Of a DNA stretch of 33,400 nt, positions 23,176-33,400 are shown piece after piece. A program made the position numbers and the translations under genes. How positions within the stretch are numbered: the stretch's first letter is position 1; every line of letters begins with the position of its first letter. The stretch lies in the NCBI GenBank assembly GCA_048127485.1, contig JBHNWI010000380.1:43523984-43557383 (forward strand), read 5' to 3'. The notes under the pieces were generated by a model. It was given only the letters and a program-made list of their open reading frames with translations. It was not told the origin of the DNA and ran no database searches. Origin of the DNA: Solemya velum (lineage: Eukaryota).

Positions 23176-23295
23176 GCTTGTATGCTAGTCTTCTATCCTG
23201 AGTTTGAAGCTGAGTGTGATCAAGACCCAGAGATAATTTTCTTACTTGATATGTCAAATTCGATGAAGCCTCAAGCTGCTGAGGATGCAAAAAAG
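23176..23295 (+). CDS. PARP4: Exon at the start of the vWA domain. Translates to ACMLVFYPEFEAECDQDPEIIFLLDMSNSMKPQAAEDAKK.
   Basis: Acceptor tctgccag ending 23175 and donor GTAAAG at 23296. ACMLVF and the vWA motif D.S.SM (MIDAS DxSxS) are in the right place. Confidence 0.8.
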
Positions 23296-23846
23296 GTAAA
23301 GTTTTATTGAGGAAAATGTTTGTGGTCTTGTATTAAAAATTAAAAGTCTTGAATGATTTTTTAACAGATAAAAGTAAACTGTGGCCATGGGGCAGTGAAC
23401 TGTTAGAGGCCCATTGTATCTAGTGGAAGGCATTGCAGGGTGTGAAAATTCTAGTGTGTTAGAGTGGTAATGTTCTGGCAAGATGCTTTTTTTGGTCAAC
23501 AATGCAACTTGATACTAAAAAAAATTGCATCATCACCAGTTGTCTTTATTCCTCGATGAACTGAAAAGATCAGAAAACAGTTTTGACATAAAAAATACCT
23601 GCATGGCTTCTGCTCACTCAAACCATATTTTAAATTAGTAATAATTCAAGACAATATGGTACATGTATAAGTTTGTGTTAAGTTGCTAAGTCAAACTAAT
23701 CTTGCTATGAAGAAAAAAGTAGAATCAATTTCAAATATTTAAAAATGAAAGAAAATATAATAATTTCTATTAACTGCTCATTTCATTCAATTGGTTGTTA
23801 TGAACATCACAATTTTTCTGGACAGTATATTTTTATCTATCTTCAG

Positions 23847-23987
23847 GTTCTACTGCTCGCGTTGGAATTGATGCCAGACAAGTGTTTTTTCAACGTTGTG
23901 ACGTTTGGCACTACCTTTTTGGAACTGTTTCCCATTCCGCAGAGGAAGAAGAATTTTACTTTGGATAAGGCTGTTCAGTTTGTACAG
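23847..23987 (+). CDS. PARP4: vWA-domain exon. Translates to VLLLALELMPDKCFFNVVTFGTTFLELFPIPQRKKNFTLDKAVQFVQ.
   Basis: Acceptor atcttcag ending 23846 and donor GTAAGT at 23988. The F.VV.FG pattern is typical of vWA. Confidence 0.8.
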
Positions 23988-24496
23988 GTAAGTATTGTAT
24001 TAACTAGTGAAAATGTGAAGGAACTGTTTCAATTTGTCAGTTTTTTATATCAAATTATTGAAAACCTTGGGGTTTTTCTTGGAAAAAATTTATTTCTGAT
24101 GCCCGATTTCTGATAGTATAATTTCCCACACAATGGGTAAAATAGGAATATTTTGAAACCTGAAAATAAATCATCATGATACCATTTTTTCAGTGTTGTG
24201 TGAGAATTTGAATTGAAATCAAGGAAAATTTATCCTTTTGATAGTCTGTCTAGTAAAACTGAAATTGTTAAAAAATTTATTTTCATTTTTTAGATTCTTG
24301 AGTAAAATGAAGAATTATATTTTACCAGCATGACCATAATGGTATTGTGAATATGACAGTATATTGAGCAATTATGATGAAATTTCATTAAAGCAAGTAT
24401 TTTATTCTTGAAATATTCCCACATATTAACTGGGTATTATTATTACATTTCGCAATGCCTGATAGCTAGAAATGGACTTCATTATATTCAATAAAC

Positions 24497-26592
24497 CATA
24501 GGCGGATCTAGAGGGGGGGTTCCGGGGGTTCAAAACCCCCCCTTGAAAAATATAGATAAAATTTTTTTTTGCTAGTTATGGAAAAATAAAAGACCGCCCA
24601 AGCATAATTTATTCTTCCCGTGTCGAACGTTCGTATGTATCCAAGAAATCACGGCCCAAATCGGAACGTAACCGTAACCGTCTTGTCACTTCATACACGA
24701 AACAAAGTAGAAACTGACACAAGAAGTGAATTATTGACACCAAATTTGAAAATCGTGCAAGAAAATGAAATTTTCAAGACAAATTACGAACATACTCAAA
24801 TCTTATATTCTTAGTACCTCTTAAAACGAATGCCCCAGAATATTTTAAAATATTGATTGTATATGGTTATATTTCATTTAATGATGCCCCAAAAATAGAA
24901 ATTTGCATTTGTTAAAATTTCGTCATTCAGGGGCAAGTTCCTTGAAGATTCCTTAGATTGACAATCCTTGAAACAATCCTTTTATTTGTTTTAATTTCTT
25001 GCATTATACGTGTCATAAAGATTATGAGATAATATCGGGCTAGAATGTTATTTGTTTCAATCACAAGCGGATCGAAGCCTATTTTTCAATCTATTGCGCG
25101 GTGTAAACAGGTGACAACGTTTCCATTAGGTTGTTTATTAATAATAACCATCCGAGATATTGAAAACAATATGATACGCAAGAACCATTTATTAACCTAA
25201 ATGTTAAAAACACAAACAAGAGTTATTGTCATCCATAGGTTTAATAAATACGAATTTCGAAGTGAGGTTTGTCATTATATCATGACAAGTGTTCCTTGCA
25301 GACGGAATCAAGGATGCTGACAGGGAGGCTTCAGCGTCTGGATTTCATGTATCTCAAAAGAACGAATGGTGAAAAAAATTGCAGAAGCAGTTTTGAAACT
25401 TTTGCAGAGGGAGAACTTGTCAGTAGCAAACATTCGCGGGCAATCGTATGATGGTGCATCGGTCATGTCCAGTTGTAGAGTCGGTGTTCAAGGACGTATT
25501 CGTCAAATCAACCCTCTTGCGCTCTTTACTCATTGCAATTCTCATGTCCTAAACTTATCAATTGCTTCAGCTTATGGCATCCAAGCAATTCGAAATCTCA
25601 TGTTTTTTCACAACTCCCCCAAACGCCAGCAATTTTTCGAGAAAGTGCTCGACGTATATGCCCCTGAGGTGAAAGCAAAGAAGCTGAAGGGTCTCTGTAA
25701 GACACGTTGGGTCGAGAGGCATACATGCCTGGAATCAATGCTGAACATGTATGAGTACATTGTCACATGCCTCGATGCCATGTCTAACCCAGATGCCTAC
25801 AGAGATATATATAGGGGAGAAATGGGATTTGGACAGAGATTCCCTCACAACTGCCAATGGACTGAAATCGTCTATGAGGACATTTGTGAATATTGTTTCT
25901 CTTGTTGTTTTGTCCATAAATTGCAGTACAGAGACAATGACATATATTATGCGTACACCAGAATAGACAGAGTGATTGAATAGGTTGCCGAAATGAGAAA
26001 CAATATACATCAAATTTGGGAAGAATGGTATACAGATATTCGAAAAATCGCAAATAAGTAGACATGGATGAGAGTTGCCAACGAATAACAAAGATGCAAC
26101 GTAACCGTTCAAATGTGCCCACTGACACCCCGGGTGAATATTACAAAAGGACAGTGGCCATTCCATTCCTGGATAAATTCATGACGCAAATGCGAGAAAG
26201 ATTTGATAGAGAGAATGTGAACATCAAAGCATTGATGCAGTTAGTGTTCGAAGTGTTTGTATCAGTGAACTTAGAAAATACAGAAACATTCGCTGAATTG
26301 ATTCAGCATTTGATGTTTTTGGGAGCATGATTTGCCTTCCCCATATGCACTGAGAAATAAATTAAGAAGATGGCAGCGATTTTATTTTCCCACTTGAAAA
26401 CATATTTCGATGGCATATTTGAGTACAACGCACACCTCAGTCTCCCAGAGAATGCGTCTCATGGCTACTAGATTAAAAAAATTGCGGGGGCATGCCCCCG
26501 GAAACCCCTATCAGGTTCAGGCCTTTCGGGCCCTCAACACACTTTTAGGCAATATAGAACACCCCCCTTCCCGAAAAGCTGGATCGCCTATG
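24497..26592 (+). mobile_element. hAT-superfamily DNA transposon (ZMYM1/Tip100-like). It is internally deleted and non-autonomous, with terminal inverted repeats and flanking direct repeats.
   Basis: Termini are CATAGGCGGATCTAG at 24497 and CTGGATCGCCTATG ending 26592 (CATAGGCG / CGCCTATG). TAAAC sits directly outside both ends. Subterminal G7/C7 and CGGGGGCATGCCCCCG palindromes are present. Transposase remnants are at 25366-25983 and 26064-26330. Confidence 0.75.
25366..26330 (+). pseudogene. hAT transposase remnant comprising the RNase-H-like core and the C-terminal hAT dimerisation region. It is frameshifted between 25983 and 26064 and lacks the N-terminal half.
   Basis: NIRGQSYDGASVMSS..VGVQGRIRQINPLALFTHCNSHVLNLSI resembles hAT ..CRGQGYDNGANMSG...GVQ.RI...NP.A..V.C.AHSLNLV. 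KRTVAIPFLDKFMTQMRERF resembles the ZMYM1-like hAT C-terminal YR.N.FLPFLD.....L..RF. Confidence 0.7.
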
Positions 26593-26697
26593 TAAACTCT
26601 TGACATACTTAGAGTTCTAATGTCTTCAATAAGTTCAATAGAATCGATGTGACTAATAACATGTACAAATATAGGAATTTCTGTTTTGTATCAACAG

Positions 26698-26885
26698 GGA
26701 TCTGAGCCAAAGTCTGGATGTAGCAATGCTTGGCATCCACTGGAGAGTCTGTTTCTGCTCCAACCATCCGAGGGTAGACGGAACATTCTACTGATCTCAG
26801 ACGGACACCTGTCTGCAGTTGGAATGATGCTGTCTACTACAAAGAAAGCAGCTATCAAGAATAGACTTTTCTGTCTTGGTGTCGG
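26698..26885 (+). CDS. PARP4: vWA-domain exon. Translates to GSEPKSGCSNAWHPLESLFLLQPSEGRRNILLISDGHLSAVGMMLSTTKKAAIKNRLFCLGV(gg).
   Basis: Acceptor atcaacag ending 26697 and donor GTAATT at 26886. RNILLISDGHL matches the vWA I/VxLLTDG motif. The preceding 2.7-kb intron holds the hAT element. Confidence 0.75.
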
Positions 26886-27725
26886 GTAATTTTTATATGC
26901 ATTTTTTCTTCATTATTTCTTTTTTTTCTGTCTATTACAAGGTGTAGTTTAAGTTCATGTTTCTGATTCAGATACAAATAAGTTTGACCTGCTTATCTTT
27001 GCTTATCACCTCTTGGTCAACTGGTCGAGAAATATTGATTATCTTTTGAGTGCAAGCCATATTCAGATGATTTATGTTAGATATCACTATGAAAATTTTC
27101 GATATTTTGTTCTTTTTTATTTAATACAAAAACTAGAGATCTTTCAAGGGTGACTGTAACACATTCAGTCTATCAGCATAACTATGGTATTTAGTCTTGC
27201 CAGACAGAGCGCCAGTACTTATTGAGTACAGAATATCTTTATAGAGATTATGACGTAATTTAGTTAATTAACATGTACATTGATGTGTCGGCTCAGGTGT
27301 CCGTCTTTGTTTTTGTTCGAGAACCACCACTGTGTGTGGAGTAAATGTTTTCTCCTAGAGAGGTGTTTTGATCTTAAACAGATATTAATATAAGTATGGC
27401 AGAGTTCAATAAGATTTATTGTCCATAATATGCTGTAGACAAAATTGGAACACATTTTAGGATGCTGCCATAATGAACTTGCAGTATAGCTTTCAAAGTT
27501 CTTTTGCTTTCGGTAATATAATTTGGTGATTTTCAATATGCAACCAACATTTCACTGCCAGTTGACCCAGGGTAATAAATCGAGCTAAGTTCAATATCAT
27601 CACCAACTCTCTGAAGAATCAGAATTGGAAATAACATCTTTGAATCTCATCAGTGAAAATTATTAAAATGTATGTGATATAAAGAAAACCTGTGAGGTCT
27701 TGATTATCATTTTTTTTCTGTGCAG

Positions 27726-27825
27726 TTCTGCAGTTAATCATCATTTGATGAAACGCTTGGCATCTGCTGGAGGTGGTGGTTATGAATTTTATGACAGATC
27801 TTCTGAATACAGATGGCAGGAAAAG
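27726..27825 (+). CDS. PARP4: vWA-domain exon. Translates to (G)SAVNHHLMKRLASAGGGGYEFYDRSSEYRWQEK.
   Basis: Acceptor ctgtgcag ending 27725 and donor GTACAA at 27826. GIGS..N..L...L....GG..EF aligns with the vWA C-terminus of PARP4 and VWA5A. Confidence 0.75.
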
Positions 27826-28969
27826 GTACAATTAAAAGGAAGTTTTATATAGTCTTGTTATATTTGGTGCAGGAGTTGCCCATTGAAATAAACCATTTTC
27901 TGTCCAGCATGTTAAGAATTCTTCTTTAGAAAATACTTAATTAAATGTGAAATAGATGCTACCTGAGTGATGGGCATAGCTGGAATTATGGCCCCTCAGT
28001 CAAATTATTCTATACCACTTCAAAGGGTAATAACAAATTAAAGCACACACTCCTAGTAAAATGAGTAGTGTACTTTTTATTATAATTATCTTATGCACCT
28101 TTCAGATTGAATTTCTGAATGCAGAAAAATATTAATAATACATTTAACGAACGACTTATCGAAAAATTTGGTCTATACAGAGGCAAATTAGGTTATTTCT
28201 GTATAAACCAAAAAAAAATGATGTCATTCCTTATAATTAAATTCATGAATATTGTCACCTAAGTTGACCAAAATGAAAACAATAACAATATTATTTTTTT
28301 CAAGCACCTTTCATTTACAGTGTAATGATATTAGTGACATCCCTTTTGACAACAAGTGCAAGTAACACTTGTGTATAGCATTAGTAGATTCTAGTACTAT
28401 TTTGGAAGAGTCCACTTCGGGTCTCGAACGCTCAACCCTCAGAGTCAGGCAATAAATCGCCATCACCAAGTGTCAGCAACATATCCCACTCCAGAATTAC
28501 GTTTTTATCTGAAGTATTGAAGTAGTCCAGGCAAAACCATTTATACAAAAATAACTCCAATTTCTAACCAATCAGAATATGGGACACATGTAAAATTTCA
28601 TTATTCAATTATATATTTATAATAATATATTAATGATACCTTGCATATGGATATGAAATCAGTATTATAAAGAGAAAAAGATGGCTCCAACCCTACACTT
28701 CTTGCTTGTTGGGTAAAACTGGTGTATCATACTAGGTCAATTCAGGAAATATATGTTCCTAGAAGACAGTCTTTGAACTCAAGGCAGATTGGATAGTAAC
28801 AGACTATCAGCTATTGACTAGCTAGGTTCTTTGATCTTTTTATGTTATATACACAAACTCACCAACAGTGCACTCTTCCTTGTTCAACTGAAAAAACCTT
28901 GTCCTTGCATTTACTATTCAACAGTATATTGTCTGCAGTATTCGAATCGATCATAATTTTTTCATTCAG

Positions 28970-29137
28970 ATACAATCACAGTTGGACAAAGTGAGGCAGC
29001 CAGGACTCTCAGAAGTGAAAATTGACTGGGGACAAAGTGGCAGTGATGGAAAATTAGTACAAGCACCCTCTCATATCCCGTCTCTGTTCAATGGTTCTCG
29101 CCAAATTATTTATGGCTTTATAGACAATTGTAGACAG
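28970..29137 (+). CDS. PARP4: Exon after the vWA domain. Translates to IQSQLDKVRQPGLSEVKIDWGQSGSDGKLVQAPSHIPSLFNGSRQIIYGFIDNCRQ.
   Basis: Acceptor ttcattcag ending 28969 and donor GTGAGC at 29138. QAP..IPSLF...R..IYGFI is conserved in PARP4, VWA5A and ITIH after the vWA domain. Confidence 0.75.
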
Positions 29138-30155
29138 GTGAGCTTTAGTGGATATCATATCATTAACCTAGTTTATGTTAATATGCATATGGTATATTTT
29201 TTATAAAACTCCAAACTTATGAATTTATGAACGAATTTAATAAGCTTCTTCTCTTCTACATGCTCTTATATAATGTTCTTATCACTCAACATGTTTATTG
29301 CAATTATGTCACTAATCATATAATATGTGAAATCATAAGTTCTATAAATAGAATGCAATATGAACTGCTATAAGAGTATTTCAACAGATAATGAAAAGTG
29401 AATATAGACATGAAATAGTCATTGTAGAGAACTGATATTCTGGTCTAGTCTTCTACGTGAGGCTGGCAAACTACCATGCCCGCCTCCACATGCACATGGG
29501 ACAACCTGAGGCGACCTATCAATCACCCACCTTGAACCTGCTAACATCGCTCAGCTGGTCTACATATTTGATCATTTAAATTCTAAAACTCAACATATCT
29601 TATCATATTTCAAAAGACTGATTATCAGAATTTACAAAATGAAACTGAGTTGTCAGAGAAGCCATTTTATATTGCACTGTATTGTGAGATTACTTTCATA
29701 AATGGAAAAATAAAAGCCTACATGTATTTTTCACATGCTAAAATCTGCAGTAGGCTTGTAAAATGTTAACTAGTCAGTCACGTATTTGGTCTATAATCAT
29801 AAATTGATTCTGAGGCTGCAATCTGAAGCCCTAACATAACAGAAATTTAATTTTACAGACCCGCATTCTCACATCATCACGCATGTAATATTTAATGGGG
29901 ACATATTGATTGTGCTATTATTAGATCCCCATGTGTGAACGGCTTAGGCTTGTTTGAAACACAAATAGTCTAGCCTACACATGTACCTAATTTGAATGGT
30001 TTATATAATATAGTAAAAATACTAGGACAGATACCACAATGAAATAGAAACAAGAAATCTGGCATGCACGCCTGTAAACGTCCCCTAGTCAGAAATGGGA
30101 AATTTGATAACTTGAACTGCATAAGGGGGTTGATATATCTGTATGCTGGAATTAC

Positions 30156-30640
30156 AGACACCTATTAATTTTGACATTACTGAGATCAAGGTCAAAGCAG
30201 TTATTGCTATAACTAATTTTTTGGTTCTATATATTGCTTGCTTGTTGTACTTGGTCAGTTTATGCTTCCACTGGATGGGTAAGAAACCCTATTGATTTTG
30301 ACATTACTGAGACCAAGGTCAAGGTCATTGTTGCTTTAAATAACATTTTGGACAATAACTTTAGTTCTATATGTTGCTCATTCATTATGTTCGGTCAGTT
30401 TCTGCTTCTAGAAAGAACACTATTGGTTTTGATGTTACTGAGATCAAGGTCATGGTCACTACATATAAATAGTTTTTTGGTTTTCAGACAATAACTTTCA
30501 TTCTATATGTTACTTGTTTGTTATACATGGTCAGTTGGTGCTTCTAGTGGATGAGAAGACCATGTTGACATTACTGAGATCATGGTCACTGTTTCTATAA
30601 ATAGCTTTTTGGTTTTTAGACAATAACTTGATTTGTGTGA
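30156..30640. repeat. Tandem array of about 3.7 copies of a unit of about 130 bp that contains TTGACATTACTGAGA[TC]CAAGGTCAAGGTCA.
   Basis: Units begin near 30156, 30289, 30415 and 30555. They share the CCAAGGTCAAGGTCA core with the 10640-11030 array. Confidence 0.8.
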
Positions 30641-33400
30641 AGTTTAGTTTGTCCTTCTTTGTGTTGAGGGATAACTATCCTGCAAATAAAGAGAAAACTT
30701 TATTTTCATCACTGACACACGAAATAAGGGCCTGTACAATTATTCTAATTGTTTAGGATGCCCGTTTATTTTTTAATCCTCAGAATGACACCCATGAGTT
30801 TAACTGAATCCTCTCATAACACATGTCCTAATAATATCAAAACTTATAACTAATCATATGAATTGAGATTGTTAAATTAAAAAAAAAATTTTTTTTGAAT
30901 AAAATTTTCAGAAAAAAATGTAAATTTTCAAGAGGAAAAAATATCTACATTTGGTCTCAGAATGCATGAGAAAAAATGTTCAGGGTGGGCATGTCCCTAG
31001 ACAACCATAGAGGAGCTACACACCTCTAACGCTCGCTCCATCCAATGCAAAACAGCTAGATGTTATTGACACATTGGACACCTAGTGGTAAGTAGATTGC
31101 AGTTAAATGTGAACTTTCGTATTGTCACAATCAGTTATTACTAATATTTCTCATTGACAATCTAATTTTCATATTGATTATGGTTCATTATCTTACCAAG
31201 ATACCCTTCTCATCTCAACTAGATTCAAAGTGACACCTTCCAAAGGCTGAGACCATTTGTAATGCGCAAATGGTGGGTTATGATCTATGGCTTTAACTCC
31301 CTCTGGAAGAGGATTTTACTTTGCTAACATGGAAATAGTAGGAATGAATTATCAGATATAAAGAAGGGAATTTGTCCTTATATGATAATTGAATTTTTAT
31401 ACACAAGCCAACAAGGGCCTAGGAAGGTATAAAAATGGGTGGACAGTTTTGGAGCATTTCAGGGAAGGTGTGTAGTTGGATCTATTCGAGACTATTCTCA
31501 TCACCTTTTTATCTTCATGGTGCTGCTTGCTCCTCCACTTGATAATATCAGATTATCAACTGTTTCTTTTGCAATGAGTTGTTCTACTTGAGTCCTTTCT
31601 CTATGTGCCCATCTTTTCCCCCTCTTCATGGCACACAAAGCTTGTGAAGCAGAACGATTGAATACGCTTACTCAACTGATATGATCTTCTCTGCTCCTTT
31701 CAGATTTTAAAATCTGTGGAAATGCAAACCTGTTATTTATTAATATCACTAAGGCGTAGTTAGAGATAACACAAGCTCTTATTATGAATAAAAATCTTGT
31801 TTGGTAAATTATCATGGCTGTGATGCACATTGTAATAAGTCATACAATTTTAACCTCGATGTACACCTATCGATTTTTCACAGGAGAAAACCACTCCAAG
31901 ATGACTTAATAGTGAACCATATTTTGCATGCTCTATACTATGTTACTGGAAAGCGTGCAAGATACGTAATTGAAAAATGAGTAAGATGGATGCAATTCTC
32001 GTTTCTTTGTAAAAATGTTAGTCAAAAGATCATCAGAAAGTATTCTAATGACTAATGACTTTAATTTTATGAAGACTGTAGCATTAATATACTATTAAGA
32101 AAGTTTATATTGCTTCTGCCAGCTGAATACTATCCACAGGTCATGATTAATACCATGATAAATCATGAGTCAGACAGCTGAAAACAGATATCAGTCAACT
32201 GTACCACTCAGGTGTCAAACATCAACCATCGCCATTAAAGCTTCATATGTCCATCAGTAGTTATAACACATCACCTGATGTTGTATTTTGTCATTTGCAA
32301 AGATTCCTTCATGATAGTCTCGAATTACAGCTTTTGCAGTCAACTGGTGAAGAATCTGTAAAAAAGTGTCAAAAGAAGTTCTTTTAAGAAGCTATCGATT
32401 TATTTTAGATTGTACCATAGCTGGAATGATAAAATGTTGCACATAACATACAAATACAGAGAATTGCTAACCATTGTAAGTAATGATTTCTGACACATCT
32501 TTTCTGATATTACAACCCAGCATTCATAAATTTGATACACTGAAGATCCTTGAAAATGTCAGTTCCTCATTCTGTAACTATGAAAGCTGCATAGTGTGGC
32601 TTCAGTGAACAGGAAATGCAAAAAAAGTATCTACATAATATACACATGTATGTTAGCAATGCTGATCTCTTACTTTGCCAGATGTCACACTTAGATCAGA
32701 TGTTGAAAGAGTCAGGGAAAATTTACTTCCATCTACTTCTGCCTGAAGAGTTGCCTGTTGGAGACAAAAAAATTTCAATCACAAATCAGACAATTTGTTA
32801 TGATGAATTTACTCATTAGTACATGTTGCTCAAACTGTTATGGAGTTCACAACATGGTCATCAAGTTTCTTTAATTGCTACTCGTATATATAGCCATACG
32901 CATGTGCAGCATAATTATCATTACCATTGTCAGTACACAAACATTTCTATTATCAGATAATAATATAATGAAATATTCGAGTATTGACTTTGCATTCGAG
33001 AAAAAATGAAAATTTTTCAGTGTATTGCAGTTCCATGAATTCAATCCAAGTTCAAGAAGTTGTCGACTCCATGTGACCTCACTAGAAATAAAGTGTTTGC
33101 TGACAATTTTGACAGTATTTTGTAACAGTTGAATACTGTTGACTTTTTCTTCTTGCCATACGAATGAAAAAATGTCTCATCAGTCACATTGGATGAAAAA
33201 AAAACTATTTTTATTCATAAGAAATTATCACTTATTTGGAATAATTCATACTATGCATGTATACACAATGATTATGAAGAGGTGATCCTGCAGAGAAACT
33301 TGTGAGACAATAATCTCTCATAACATAAAAATAAAAACCCGGTGTTTCCTATGTAGTACACCTAGCAGGTGGGGTTCTCTTGACTTTTCAAAGTAAGGTT

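Noticed and set aside
30156-30640. Regular repeat array considered as a possible CRISPR array
   Set aside because: Units are about 130 bp, degenerate (about 80% identity) and contiguous without unique spacers. The whole locus is an intron-containing eukaryotic gene. It is a satellite or MITE-type tandem array, not CRISPR.
1-33400. Search for a prokaryotic defence or operon-type system (long co-directional ORFs, RBS spacing, terminators)
   Set aside because: There are no long uninterrupted ORFs. Coding sequence appears only as short GT-AG-bounded exons of one gene. AT-rich introns carry eukaryotic TEs (LINE, SINE, hAT, Tc1). This is metazoan nuclear DNA, so prokaryotic-system interpretations do not apply.
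29140-33400. Candidate downstream PARP4 exons (for example 29856-29881, 32314-32370 encoding FLHDSLELQLLQSTGEES with a gtaaaa donor)
   Set aside because: They are short, phase-incompatible with the phase-0 end of exon 28970-29137 unless an unseen exon intervenes, and have only weak similarity. I left them uncalled. The remaining 3' exons probably lie here or beyond the window but need transcript evidence.

Overview
This window is eukaryotic (metazoan) nuclear DNA, not a prokaryotic locus. It is AT-rich (roughly mid-30s % GC by eye), split by GT-AG introns, and full of interspersed repeats. There are no operons, rRNA genes or CRISPR arrays.

The main feature is the middle part of one large multi-exon gene on the + strand. 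I could place at least 18 exons between 647 and 29137. Their conceptual translation runs from a PARP regulatory-helical domain into a PARP catalytic domain (motifs LLMHSSHPANFLGILSRG, GIYFSDS, LLLCDVTLG...GYHSVHG), then a VIT domain (IEAKFVFPLDDTAAVCGFEAFINNKHIIG, DVFSVSVGNLPPKSDVLIKITY) and a vWA domain (IIFLLDMSNSMKP, ILLISDGHL). That domain order is unique to vault PARP, so I call it a PARP4 orthologue. The 5' part (BRCT region) and the C-terminal exons lie outside the window or could not be placed.

The introns carry many transposon relics:
- an internally deleted hAT (ZMYM1-like) element with CATAGGCG termini and a TAAAC flanking repeat;
- two convergent Tc1/mariner transposase pseudogene fragments that share an ~85-bp segment;
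- a LINE 5' fragment with an ORF1-like reading frame and a GC-rich leader;
- a LINE AP-endonuclease pseudogene fragment;
- tRNA-related SINE copies;
- a 490-bp MITE-like insertion with 15-bp perfect inverted termini around a CpG/TATA island;
- a dispersed fold-back repeat present twice;
- three tandem arrays, two of which share a CCAAGGTCAAGGTCA core.

The most informative single observation is that the PARP catalytic motifs read H-S-S and L-C-D-V. The catalytic Glu of the PARP1-type H-Y-E triad is Asp here, which predicts mono-ADP-ribosyltransferase chemistry. I found nothing resembling a novel microbial system. The unusual content is eukaryotic transposable-element architecture.
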